64,000 nt of DNA from Pseudomonadota bacterium. GTDB lineage: Bacteria > Desulfobacterota > Desulfobacteria > Desulfobacterales > JBDRRP01. The translations under genes and the position numbers were made by a program. Under the pieces are notes generated by a model that searched no databases, was not told the origin of the DNA, and saw only the letters and a list, made by a program, of their open reading frames with translations. Location of the stretch: the NCBI GenBank assembly GCA_043825735.1, contig JBDRRP010000158.1, forward strand, positions 1 through 64,000, written 5' to 3'. How positions within the stretch are numbered: the first letter of the stretch is position 1; each line of letters starts with the position of its first letter. This document shows, in pieces, positions 49,134-59,050 of this stretch.

Positions 49134-50243
49134 ATGATACCAGTGAATACACCGGTTTTGGGCCAGAGGGAAAAGGAGCTGCTGATCCGCTGCATCGACA
49201 CCGGCTGGATTTCTTCGGAAGGGCCGTTTGTGGCCGAGTTCGAAGAGGCCACGGCCCGGGCCGTCAACCGGCGTTTCGGCGTGGCGGTGAGCAGCGGTTC
49301 GGCCGCACTGGATGTGGCCGTGGCCACCCTGGGGATCGGGCCCGGTGACGAAGTGATCATGCCGGCCTTCACCATCATCTCCTGCGCGGCGGCCGTGGTT
49401 CGTGCCGGTGCCGTGCCGGTGCTGGTGGACGCCGACCCGGTGACCTGGAACATGGACGCCGCCCGGATCGAAGAAAAGATCACACCACGGACCCGGGCCG
49501 TCATGGCGGTGCACATTTACGGCCTGCCGGTGGACATGGACCCGGTGCTGGCTCTGGCCGAAAAATACGGGCTTGCCGTAATCGAAGATGCCGCAGAAGT
49601 GCTGGGGCAGACCTATCGGGGAAGGCCCTGCGGCAGCTTCGGCGACGTGAGCGTCCTCAGCTTCTATCCAAACAAACACATCACCACCGGCGAAGGGGGA
49701 ATGGTGCTCACCGACGATGCGGCGCTAGCCGAGCGGGCCAGATCGTATCGCAACCTGTGCTTTCAGCCCAGGCAGCGATTCGTACACGAGCAATTGGGGT
49801 GGAACTACCGCATGACCAACCTTCAGGCGGCCGTGGGGCTGGCCCAACTGGAACGGCTCTCCGATACGGTCCGGCGCAAGCGGGAAACGGGGCGTCGGTA
49901 CGCCGAAAATCTCACGGATCTTGAAGGGCTGCAGCTGCCGTGCGATCGGACTGATGCCGCCGAGAACATCTACTGGGTGTTCGGCGTGGTTTTAAAGGAC
50001 GGGCTTGAGATCGACGCGGGAGACGCCATGGCGCGGCTCGCCGCCCGAGAGATCGGGACCCGGCCCTTTTTCTGGCCCATGCACCAGCAGCCGGTCTTTG
50101 AAAAAATGGGGCTGTTTCGTGGCGAATCCTATCCTGTGGCAGAGCGCCTGGCCCGCCGCGGCTTTTATCTGCCCAGCGGTCTGGCCTTGAACGAGGCGCA
50201 GATCGACACGGTCTGCCGGGCACTTGGCGAGGTGATGGGGTGA
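49134..50243 (+). CDS. DegT-family aminotransferase, GDP-perosamine-synthase-like
   Basis: GWISSEGPFV, VHIYG, IEDAAE, SFYPNKHITTGEGG, GWNYRMTNLQAAVG, TRPFF, YLPSG. Confidence 0.9.
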   Translation: MIPVNTPVLGQREKELLIRCIDTGWISSEGPFVAEFEEATARAVNRRFGVAVSSGSAALDVAVATLGIGPGDEVIMPAFTIISCAAAVVRAGAVPVLVDADPVTWNMDAARIEEKITPRTRAVMAVHIYGLPVDMDPVLALAEKYGLAVIEDAAEVLGQTYRGRPCGSFGDVSVLSFYPNKHITTGEGGMVLTDDAALAERARSYRNLCFQPRQRFVHEQLGWNYRMTNLQAAVGLAQLERLSDTVRRKRETGRRYAENLTDLEGLQLPCDRTDAAENIYWVFGVVLKDGLEIDAGDAMARLAAREIGTRPFFWPMHQQPVFEKMGLFRGESYPVAERLARRGFYLPSGLALNEAQIDTVCRALGEVMG

Positions 50244-50329
50244 CGGGTTTCAGGAAATACACCGAATACTTCGACCGGATCAACGCGGACAAGGACATTG
50301 CAAGGAGAATATCATGGCCGGTTCCATGA
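50240..50329 (+). pseudogene. Possible N-terminal remnant of a deleted SAM methyltransferase
   Basis: GTGA-coupled 29-aa ORF VTGFRKYTEYFDRINADKDI resembles the FxxYxxYYDxxYxDKDY start of sugar methyltransferases. Confidence 0.35.
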
Positions 50330-53300
50330 CGAGCGGCGTTTTTATAGCAGGGTACAGCATCGATAACAGCCCGTCGCTGATCAATCTGATCGACCTGCTC
50401 GCGCGCAGCGGCCGGGTGGATGTCTATTTGCTGAATGTGAGCCACACCACCAATGCGGTCCTTGCCCGGGAGACGGTGCGGGTCCTCGATTACAGCCGCA
50501 TTCCCGGTGATTGGGCCGCCCGCCGCCGCCTGGCCGACACCTACGACGCATTCATCGGTGTCGACCCCCACGGGTTTGTGATGTGCAAGGAGCTTTTTCC
50601 CCGATCGCGTCCGGTCTACTACAGTCTTGAGCTTTATATGAGTTACGACCACACCGGACTCGACTATCCCGATGCGGTCCGGAAAAAGGAACGAACCCTG
50701 ATCCACACCGCGGCCGGCCTGATGATTCAGTCCGAAGAGAAGGCGCGTCTCTTTCGGGACGATTACGCGCTGGCCGAAACGGTGCCCACATTCATTTTGC
50801 CGGTGACCTACCGGGGTCCGGCCGATGAGCGAAAAACGGATCTGATCCGACGTCGCTACGGCATCTCCGCCGACCGGTCCATCGCCTTGCACCTGGGCGG
50901 CATTGCAGAGTGGTTCTCCTGTGCGCAGATCGCCGCCGTTTTCGCAGGGTTGCCCGACTGGGTGCTTTTCTTCCAGGGATACGCGGATCAGGCTTACGCC
51001 CGGGAGCTGAAGCGCGTGCTTGAGCAACAGCACGTAGAGAACGTCATTTTGACCGACCGGGTCTATGACCGCATCGAAGATGTCGATGACGTGATCCGTT
51101 CCTGCGATGTCGGCATCGCCTGGTACAATGATATCTCCATCGGCTTTCGCACCTGCGGTCAATCCTCGGGGAAAATTCCCGGTTACATGCGCTTCGGCCT
51201 GCCGGTGATCGCCAAGGCCTACCCGAGCACCCGGGCGGCCATCGCCGATCCCGGCGCCGGCCTCTGCGTGGACGACTGTCTGCAGATTCCCGGAGCTCTT
51301 GCCGCCATTCGTTCAGGCTACCCAGCCATTTCCCGGCGCGCCCTGGCCGAGTATGAGCGCACCTACCGGTTCGAAGACTACGAAGCGCGCCTGCTGACCT
51401 TTATCCGGGGAAAGGGCCCGCCGGCGATCCAAGTGGGCCGGATGGCCTTCCCGCAGGCGCAGCGGCAAGATCCACCCCGGCCCGAGACCGCGACCCACCA
51501 TTTTAACTGGGACCGGCTCATGAAAAACCGCAAGGTGGACGATTTCCTGGCTTCCGACGAACTCTGGGGGGCTCACCAGGACGCCGATAATCCGGGGCGC
51601 CGCGCCTGGCGGCGGTTTCTTGAGGCGCAGGCCGAGGCCGGGCCGGTCAAAATCCTTGAGATCGGTTTCGGATCGGGAATCGACTACCGGGCCGCGGAAA
51701 AAGAGGGGCTGCTCGATTCGGGCCGCATCGACTACCACGGGGCCGATGTCACCAAAACATTCGTGGAAAACGCGGAAAAGCACTTTGAGCGTCTTACGGC
51801 CCATCTCATCGACGGCTACAAGCTCCCCTTTGAGAGCAACAGCTTCGATATCGTCTATCTGCGCCATGTCTTCGAGCACCAGATCCACTACAAATGGCTG
51901 CTCGATGAAATACTGCGGGTCTGCCGCGGCCAGGTTTTCATCAATTTCTTCATCCCGCTTTCCGACGATGATGACGACCGGATCGATTTCGACGGCACCT
52001 GGCACCACAACACCTATTCCCGGCAGCGTTTTTGCGATTTCGTCAACGCCCGGGGATTTGCCGTCCGGGAGTCGGAGCGGTTTACGACCGGCGACAAGAC
52101 CGACCAGCTGATCCTGCTGAGTCCGTCCGGTGCAGCGCTCGAGGCCACACCTGCCGAGAGTCCGGCGCGCTGCAACGCCCAATCCAAAGTGTCGCTGAAT
52201 ATCGTTCATACCGTCGAATACTACCATCCCCACCTGGGCGGGGCCGAACTGGTGGTTCAGCAGGTCTCGGAGCGTCTCGCCCGGCGCGGCCACAGGGTCA
52301 CCGTGGCCACCACCGCGCTGGCCGCTCGGAGGACGGACCGGCTCAACGGTGTTTACATCGAAGGATTCGCCGTCAAAGGCGCCATGGGCCGGCGCATCGC
52401 CGGACCCGACGTGGACCGGTACCGGCAATTTCTGTTGACCTGTGATGCCGACGTGGTGATGAACTACGCCGCCCAGCAGTGGGCTACGGATCTGGCCCTT
52501 GAAACGGTTCCCGTTACGGCAGTGCGCCGGGTCAACGTCATCGCCCCCTGCGGCTATTCGGCCCTGGACGGCCCGCGCAACCTGCGCTGGCCTTCTTTTG
52601 CCGATTATTTTCAACGGGTGATTCCCGAATTTCTTCCCCATTACGACGCGGCGGTATACCACTCGGCCCGCTATCAGGACCACGCCTTTGCCGATGATCA
52701 TGGATTTGAAAACAGTGTCGTCATTTTCAACGGCGTCGATGCAGACGAATTCGACCGGCCGCCCGAAACCGACTTCAGGGAAAAATACGGTATCAACACC
52801 CGGCTTCTCGGACTGTGCGTGGCCAACTATCTACCCGGCAAGGGGCAGGAAACGGTCATCGACTGCGTGCGGCGCATGGGGCGCGCGGATTTCACCATGG
52901 TCTTCATCGGCAAGGAGGGCACCGAGTTGGCCCGGCTGCGGCAGTTGGCCCAGGGGGCGCCGGTGATATTTCTTCATAACATTGCCCGGGCCGATACGGT
53001 CGCCGCATTTCAAGGGGCGGACCTTTTCCTGTTCGGTTCGCGAATCGAGGCCGCGCCCCTGGTGATTATCGAGGCCATGGCCGCCCGGACCCCATTTGTC
53101 TCCACCGACTGCGGCAACGTGGGCGAGATGAAAGGCGGCGTGGTCTGCGCTGCCGAAGAGATGGCCGAAAGGGCCAATCGGGTGCTGGACGACCCGGATT
53201 TGCGGGCCTCCCTGGCACGGGACGGCCACCGGCAGGTCCGGGAGCACCTGACCTGGGAATCGGTGGTAGATCGCTATGAAGATCTCTACCTGAGGCTGCA

Positions 53301-53547
53301 CCACGCCAAGACGCGCGATAAGCAGCGGACGCCTGTCAAGGCCCAATGGCGTCAACGACTCGGGGATCTGGACCGGCGCATCGACGCCGACCTGGGCAAC
53401 GTGGATCTTTATATGAATGCGGCCCGAATCCTGGTGGCGGCTCACCAGCCGGTTGAGGCGCGTAAGTATATCGAAGATGCCCTGGAGCTGAATCCGGACC
53501 ATGCCGATGCCGGGCGCCTGTATCGGTCTGCGGAGGCCCGGCCATGA
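50314..53547 (+). CDS. Fusion protein: GT-B glycosyltransferase + class I methyltransferase + GT4 glycosyltransferase + TPR
   Basis: SSGKIPGYMRFGLPVI; ILEIGFGSG...FDIVYLRHVFEH; YHPHLGGAE...EAAPLVIIEAMA; C-terminal ALELNPDH; AAGGAG RBS. Confidence 0.85.
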   Translation: MAGSMTSGVFIAGYSIDNSPSLINLIDLLARSGRVDVYLLNVSHTTNAVLARETVRVLDYSRIPGDWAARRRLADTYDAFIGVDPHGFVMCKELFPRSRPVYYSLELYMSYDHTGLDYPDAVRKKERTLIHTAAGLMIQSEEKARLFRDDYALAETVPTFILPVTYRGPADERKTDLIRRRYGISADRSIALHLGGIAEWFSCAQIAAVFAGLPDWVLFFQGYADQAYARELKRVLEQQHVENVILTDRVYDRIEDVDDVIRSCDVGIAWYNDISIGFRTCGQSSGKIPGYMRFGLPVIAKAYPSTRAAIADPGAGLCVDDCLQIPGALAAIRSGYPAISRRALAEYERTYRFEDYEARLLTFIRGKGPPAIQVGRMAFPQAQRQDPPRPETATHHFNWDRLMKNRKVDDFLASDELWGAHQDADNPGRRAWRRFLEAQAEAGPVKILEIGFGSGIDYRAAEKEGLLDSGRIDYHGADVTKTFVENAEKHFERLTAHLIDGYKLPFESNSFDIVYLRHVFEHQIHYKWLLDEILRVCRGQVFINFFIPLSDDDDDRIDFDGTWHHNTYSRQRFCDFVNARGFAVRESERFTTGDKTDQLILLSPSGAALEATPAESPARCNAQSKVSLNIVHTVEYYHPHLGGAELVVQQVSERLARRGHRVTVATTALAARRTDRLNGVYIEGFAVKGAMGRRIAGPDVDRYRQFLLTCDADVVMNYAAQQWATDLALETVPVTAVRRVNVIAPCGYSALDGPRNLRWPSFADYFQRVIPEFLPHYDAAVYHSARYQDHAFADDHGFENSVVIFNGVDADEFDRPPETDFREKYGINTRLLGLCVANYLPGKGQETVIDCVRRMGRADFTMVFIGKEGTELARLRQLAQGAPVIFLHNIARADTVAAFQGADLFLFGSRIEAAPLVIIEAMAARTPFVSTDCGNVGEMKGGVVCAAEEMAERANRVLDDPDLRASLARDGHRQVREHLTWESVVDRYEDLYLRLHHAKTRDKQRTPVKAQWRQRLGDLDRRIDADLGNVDLYMNAARILVAAHQPVEARKYIEDALELNPDHADAGRLYRSAEARP

Positions 53548-56500
53548 CACCGAAACTCTTATACATCGGCATGCAGTACGACTATGGCGACCGCTTTCGC
53601 GGGCTTTCCTACGAGCACCGTAATTTTTACGATTCCCTGCAGCGCTTCTGCCGGGAACGCGGATGGGAAATGATCCACTACGACTTCATGCAGCGCGGCA
53701 GCGTCCTGGGCCGGGAAGCCATGAGCGAGGAGCTCTTGGATCTGGCGACAGGAACCGATTTCGCCTTTCTTTTCGCCGTTCTCTTCGACCCGAGCCGGGA
53801 TCCGAGCCCGGAGGTCTTCTCGCGCATCGGCGAGCGCGGGCGGACCCGGACCGTTCATTGGTTCTGCGACGACCACTGGAAATTCGACACTTACAGCCGG
53901 CTTCTGGCACCCCATTTTCACTTTTCCTGCACCACGGCCCAAAGCGCCGTGGAAAAATACGCGGCGGCCGGGCTGGCCGACCGGATGATCAAGACACAGT
54001 GGGCCTGCAACCACCACCTGTACGTTCCCTGCAACGCGGCCCGGGAGATCGACCTGAGCTTCGTCGGCATGCCCCACGGCAACCGGCGGCAGGTGCTCTC
54101 AAAGCTGGCCGCCGCCGGCATCGCTGCTGAAATATTCGGCTTCGGCTGGGAAAACCGCTCCAGACTTCCCTTTCACCGAATGGTACGGCTCTTCTCACGA
54201 AGTCGAATCAATCTGAACCTCTCCAACGCCTCCGCCGATTCGGGTCAACAGATCAAGGGGAGAAATTTCGAAATTCCGGGCACCGGCAGTTTTCAGCTCT
54301 CCGCGGACGCGGAAAACCTCACCGACTACTACACCGAGGATCGTGAGATCGCCATTTTCCGCTCCGATGAGGAACTGGTGGACAAGGTCCGATACTTTCT
54401 CGCCCATGAATCCGAGCGCGAAGCCATCGCCAGAAGCGCCTTTCAACGCACCCTGGCAGAGCACACCTGGCAGCATCGGTTTGAAGCGATTTTCGAACGG
54501 GTCGGCAGGGAGCGCACAGCGCCTGCGGCGCGGGTTGCGGCCGACACGGAGCCATCCGGTGCCGGTGCCTCTGCCAAACCCGGTGACGATTCCATGGACG
54601 CCCCGATGGTGTCGGTGATCATCCCCTGCTTCAATCAGGCCCGGTATCTGGCCGAAGCCGTGGCCAGCGTGGCCGAGCAGACCTATCCGGCGCTGGAAGT
54701 GATCATCGTCAACGACGGCAGCCCCGACGACACCTCTGCGACGGCCAGAAAGCTTATGGCGCGCCATCCCCACCTGTCGATCAGGCTCATAGAACAGGAA
54801 AACGCCGGTTTGCCTGCCGCGAGAAACGCCGGTGTGGCCACCTCGCGGGGAACCTACTGGCTCCCTCTGGATGCCGACGATCGCATCGCGCCGACCTTTG
54901 TGGAAACCTGCGTGAAGGCCCTGACGCATGCTCCAGAAGCGGGATTTGCCTACGCCGACATTCAGCACTTCGGCGAACTGGACACGGTCTTTCGCCTGCC
55001 GGCCTTCGATGCCGAGGTCATGGTTCACAAAAACAACATCGGCTGTGTGTGCTCACTGGTGCGCCGGCAGGCGTGGGAAGACGTCGGCGGCTACGATGCG
55101 TGCATGCGGGCAGGGTATGAAGACTGGGATTTTTGGGTCGGGTGCATTGAAAAGGGATGGACCGGGGTGCGTGTTGCCCGGCCCCTGTTTTACTACCGTA
55201 AGCGTGGCGATTCCATGCTCACCGATGCACGGAAAAAACACGACGCCCTGTTTGCCCGCATCGTTTTGAATCATCCGTCCCTTTACACGGTGGAAGAGAT
55301 TTCGGCGGCGGCGCAGACCATCCAGGACCGTACCCGGGCCGAGATCGACACCACTGGCGAGGTACAAGTTAAACAGCATCGGGAAAGGCTTACCATCACC
55401 TACCTGATCCACAGCGTTCTGGGGGTGACCGGCGGTAACCAGACCTTGATCCGGCAGACCAACGCCCTTGCCGATCGGGGCCACCGGGTCCACATCGTCA
55501 CTTACTCCGAGCGACCTTCCTGGTATGCGTTCAAGGCCGATCTGATCCGGGTCCCGTCGGGAGCGCCCATGGCCGATCACGTGCCCCCCAGCGATGTCGT
55601 CATTGCCACCTATTTTCTCAACGCGCCGGAGCTGGCCCGGATCGAGGCCCCGGTGAAGATCTATTTCGCCCAGGGCGACCAGTATGTCTTCGGAGACGAT
55701 ACCCCGGTCAACGACCCCGCAGCCCGGGCCGAGCGGGAGCGGATGCGCCGTCTGTGTGCCGAATCCTACGCGCTGCCCGGCATCCGGTTTATGACCAATT
55801 CCTTCAACCTGGCGGCCACGGTACGTTACCGTTACGGCCGGCGTGCCGATGCCGTGCTGCCCTCTTGCAGAGACCAGAGCATTTTCAGGCCCCTGGACCG
55901 GCAGCCGGCCCCGCCATGGCGGATTCTGGTGGTTGGCCCCGACGCCCGGGGATCGGATGTCGAGCCGCTGAGCTTCAAAGGGATCGGTGACATCAGAAAG
56001 GCCCTTGATCTTCTCGCCCAGGATGCGCCGGCGTTTCGCGTGGTGCGCATGTCCAACACCGTCGCCGACATTTTCAAGGGGTACCCCTGCGAGTTTCACT
56101 TCAAACCGGCGGACCGGAAAAAAACCGAGATCTTCGGTGCGGCCCATATTCTGATTTACGCCTCTCACTACGATTCGTGCCCACTGCCGCCCATGGAAGC
56201 CATGGCTGCCGGGGCGGCTGTGGTCTGCACGGCTACCCCCGGCGCGCTGGAATACTGCCGCCACCAGGAGAACGCCCTGCTGGTACCGACCGGCGCGCCT
56301 GCGGCGATCGCCGGCGCGGTGCGGCGGGTCATGGGTGACGCGGCGCTTTACCAGCGGCTGGTGGCGGGCGGGTCCGCCACGGCGGCGTGCTACCCGCGTG
56401 AGCGGGAATGGGACGCGCTGGAAGGGCTGCTTTATCGGTTCATTGCGCAGACGGTCCCGGCCGAGGACCACCGGTCCGCCACTGCACCATCCATCGACGA

Positions 56501-58028
56501 TGCTTCACAACACGCGCCCACGGCCGTGGTTGCGGAAAACCATCACTGCCAGGAGAAAAATCCCATGAATGCACAACATGCCATCGCCCATGCCGATCAC
56601 GATACCGACGCCGCGTTTCGGCGCATTTCAACTCCGATTGACAGCCCATGCGTCGATGACGCCGTCAGCGGCCTGAACCGGATTCCGGAAGACCATCAGG
56701 AACATGCCGACGCTCACAACCAACTGGGGGTGCTTTACACCCAGCAAGGCGACAACGAGCTGGCTCTGGCCCATTTCCGGAGAGCGGTGGCTCTCGCCCC
56801 GGGCAATGTCACCTTCCGAAAGAACCTGGCCGATTTTCTTTACGTGAAACAGGGCGACGTGCGCGGTGCCCTGGAGATCTACGTTGCGGTTCTGCGAGAG
56901 ACTCCCGACGACGTGGAAACCCTCATGACCACCGGTCATATCTGCGTTTCCGTGGAACGGTTCGACGATGCGGCCCATTTCTACCAGCGGGTGCTGGCGG
57001 CGGAGCCCTGGCACGCTGACGCCGGCAGGTATCTCGACGCCCTGGCCCGGCACCGCGGCGAACCGGAGGCGGACATCATTACTGATCCCGAAACGATTTA
57101 CCGCGAGGCGCTCGAAAAGGCTGAGACGGGCGACACGGCCGGTGCTGCGCAGGCCTTGGCATCGCTGGTCGCGGCCCACCCGGGCCACGCCCTTGCCCAT
57201 AACGATCTGGGGGTGATCTACGGGCGGCAGCAATGCTGGGATGAAGCCCTGGCCCATTACCGGAAGGCCGTGGCACTGGAGCCGTCGAGCACTGTTTTCC
57301 AAAAGAACCTGGCCGACTGCTGCGCCGTCACCCAGGACAATTTCCAGGAGGCCCTGGAAATTTATGTGAATCTGCTGGCCGCCGATCCCTATGACGTGGA
57401 AGCCCTGATGGCCACCGGACAGATCTGCATGGCCGTGGACCGGCCGGAAGACGCCGAGCACTTTTATCAACGGGCACTCGAAGCCGAGCCCTGGAATGTC
57501 GAGGTCAGAAACCTTCTCGATGCCCTGAAACGGCAAGATGTCCAGCCGGCCGTGGATGCCGATGGACTGATGGCAGCGGCGCGGGAATTGGCCGAGAAAG
57601 GCGACGCCGCCGGTGCCGTTGAAATCCTTGAGCGACTGGTGGCGGCGCATCCGGACCACGGGGCCGCCCACAACGATCTGGGCGTTCTCCATCACCGCCA
57701 AAACGATGTCGCCCGGGCCGAAGTGCACTACACACGTGCTGCAGCCCTGGATTCGACGAACACGATTTTTCAGAAGAACCTGGCCGATTTTTATGCCGTG
57801 GCCATGAATCGCTATGAAGCGGCGCTTCAGATCTACGTCAACCTGCTGGCAATCGATCCCTACGACGTGGAAGCACTCATGGGCACGGGGCATATCTGCC
57901 GCCTTCTGGAGCGCTATGACGATGCCGCACACTTTTTCGACAGGGTCCTCGAGGCAGAGCCTTGGCATGCGGACGCTCGTCAATGCCTTGACGCGATCGG
58001 CCAGCAGCGCGTGGCCGTCGCCAGATGA
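53544..58028 (+). CDS. Fusion protein: CgeB/YkvP-like GT + GT2 + GT4 + three TPR blocks
   Basis: IKGRNFEIPG...EHTWQHRF; VSVIIPCFN, LDADD, YEDWDFW; GVTGGN, LPPMEAMAAG; repeated AHNxLGV...FxKNLAD; ATGA overlap. Confidence 0.88.
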   Translation: MTPKLLYIGMQYDYGDRFRGLSYEHRNFYDSLQRFCRERGWEMIHYDFMQRGSVLGREAMSEELLDLATGTDFAFLFAVLFDPSRDPSPEVFSRIGERGRTRTVHWFCDDHWKFDTYSRLLAPHFHFSCTTAQSAVEKYAAAGLADRMIKTQWACNHHLYVPCNAAREIDLSFVGMPHGNRRQVLSKLAAAGIAAEIFGFGWENRSRLPFHRMVRLFSRSRINLNLSNASADSGQQIKGRNFEIPGTGSFQLSADAENLTDYYTEDREIAIFRSDEELVDKVRYFLAHESEREAIARSAFQRTLAEHTWQHRFEAIFERVGRERTAPAARVAADTEPSGAGASAKPGDDSMDAPMVSVIIPCFNQARYLAEAVASVAEQTYPALEVIIVNDGSPDDTSATARKLMARHPHLSIRLIEQENAGLPAARNAGVATSRGTYWLPLDADDRIAPTFVETCVKALTHAPEAGFAYADIQHFGELDTVFRLPAFDAEVMVHKNNIGCVCSLVRRQAWEDVGGYDACMRAGYEDWDFWVGCIEKGWTGVRVARPLFYYRKRGDSMLTDARKKHDALFARIVLNHPSLYTVEEISAAAQTIQDRTRAEIDTTGEVQVKQHRERLTITYLIHSVLGVTGGNQTLIRQTNALADRGHRVHIVTYSERPSWYAFKADLIRVPSGAPMADHVPPSDVVIATYFLNAPELARIEAPVKIYFAQGDQYVFGDDTPVNDPAARAERERMRRLCAESYALPGIRFMTNSFNLAATVRYRYGRRADAVLPSCRDQSIFRPLDRQPAPPWRILVVGPDARGSDVEPLSFKGIGDIRKALDLLAQDAPAFRVVRMSNTVADIFKGYPCEFHFKPADRKKTEIFGAAHILIYASHYDSCPLPPMEAMAAGAAVVCTATPGALEYCRHQENALLVPTGAPAAIAGAVRRVMGDAALYQRLVAGGSATAACYPREREWDALEGLLYRFIAQTVPAEDHRSATAPSIDDASQHAPTAVVAENHHCQEKNPMNAQHAIAHADHDTDAAFRRISTPIDSPCVDDAVSGLNRIPEDHQEHADAHNQLGVLYTQQGDNELALAHFRRAVALAPGNVTFRKNLADFLYVKQGDVRGALEIYVAVLRETPDDVETLMTTGHICVSVERFDDAAHFYQRVLAAEPWHADAGRYLDALARHRGEPEADIITDPETIYREALEKAETGDTAGAAQALASLVAAHPGHALAHNDLGVIYGRQQCWDEALAHYRKAVALEPSSTVFQKNLADCCAVTQDNFQEALEIYVNLLAADPYDVEALMATGQICMAVDRPEDAEHFYQRALEAEPWNVEVRNLLDALKRQDVQPAVDADGLMAAARELAEKGDAAGAVEILERLVAAHPDHGAAHNDLGVLHHRQNDVARAEVHYTRAAALDSTNTIFQKNLADFYAVAMNRYEAALQIYVNLLAIDPYDVEALMGTGHICRLLERYDDAAHFFDRVLEAEPWHADARQCLDAIGQQRVAVAR
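56700..58000 (+). repeat. Internal triplication of a TPR-coding block
   Basis: aagaacctggccga and gacgtggaa(a/g)c recur in three units, each ending in ...AEPW; boundaries approximate. Confidence 0.75.
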
Positions 58029-58150
58029 TATGATAATCCCGGCAGCCGCATCACGATGGCGGTGGATCCGCTGCCGGTGATCGGCCGGTCGTCGGCGAGA
58101 TTCCTCCCCGCTTTGTGGCCGATTCGATGACAGCCAGGCCCCTGCACCAC

Positions 58151-58196
58151 AAAAAGAGGCGTTGCCCATACCGGCAGCGCCTCCTCTTTTTGTTTT
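58151..58196 (+). terminator. Rho-independent terminator (possibly bidirectional)
   Basis: AAAAA-gaggcgttgcc/ggcagcgcctc stem followed by ctctttttgtttt. Confidence 0.7.
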
Positions 58197-58344
58197 CATT
58201 CCGACCGGTTGAACAACTACTTACGTATGTCTACGTAGTTTTCGAGTATTGATCCATTGCCCGATGCCTGCCAGAGTCGATCCTCGTCGATGCCGGACGT
58301 AAGGTGATGCTTCCGGCCAAGAACCGGCAACCGGGGGAGGGGCT

Positions 58345-58773
58345 ATGGACGTGAAGGTTCGACGCGACGATGACAGCGCATTGATCAGGGTGACGGCTGC
58401 CGGTTTTCTGAACCAGGAAATGAGAGAACAGATCCTCATGCTCGTTGCCACGGAACTGCACTGTTCCAGCTACCAGAAAGTGTTTATCGATATCACCGGC
58501 GCGACCGTCGACCCGGACGAGCCCATGGTGGGCGCCCTGACCCTCATCAGTTACTTAAAGAAGCTGAAGGTGCCGGAGCAGACACGGTTTGCGTTTTTGT
58601 ACCGTACTGCGGAGTCTTATCGGAAGTACTTCGAACTTGTGGCCAAGGCGGACGGCTTCAACATCAAATATTTCAAGGACCACGATGCGGCCATGGCATG
58701 GCTGGCGCCGGCATTGTCGTCAGGGGAGGGCAGTGGTGCGGTTTCGCCGCCGCGATCACCCGGCAGCCGATAA
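58345..58773 (+). CDS. Hypothetical protein (STAS/SpoIIAA-like fold suspected)
   Basis: GGAGG RBS; KVFIDIT, FAFLY, IKYFKDHDAAMAWL pattern typical of STAS/SEC14-like small proteins. Confidence 0.7.
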   Translation: MDVKVRRDDDSALIRVTAAGFLNQEMREQILMLVATELHCSSYQKVFIDITGATVDPDEPMVGALTLISYLKKLKVPEQTRFAFLYRTAESYRKYFELVAKADGFNIKYFKDHDAAMAWLAPALSSGEGSGAVSPPRSPGSR

Positions 58774-58856
58774 GCTGCCATCGATATCTGAATGAACACC
58801 ATATAGCTGCCCCCGGGCGGCCTGGCATTTATAAGATTCAGGAACGAAGAACCCGG

Positions 58857-58887
58857 AGGGCCTGCGGCATCAGCCGCAGGCCCTTTT
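58857..58887 (+). terminator. Rho-independent terminator
   Basis: gggcctgcggc-atca-gccgcaggccc perfect 11-bp stem followed by TTTT. Confidence 0.8.
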
Positions 58888-58932
58888 GCCATTTGATGTC
58901 GAAGCGCTGACGGTGCCGGGATGCCCGAAAAG

Positions 58933-58948
58933 CGGCATGGGACTTGCA
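58933..58948 (+). promoter_or_regulatory. Putative sigma54 promoter of the TPR-GT operon
   Basis: CGGCATGGGACTTGCA with canonical spacing, just after the terminator. Confidence 0.6.
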
Positions 58949-59050
58949 CTGTTTTGGGACGCCTTTGGCGTGCCCCCGGCCGGCGGCGGTCGATGGCAAA
59001 GGCACTGACACGGATCGTTCAATCACTCTGGCAGCCTAAAGGCATCGACC

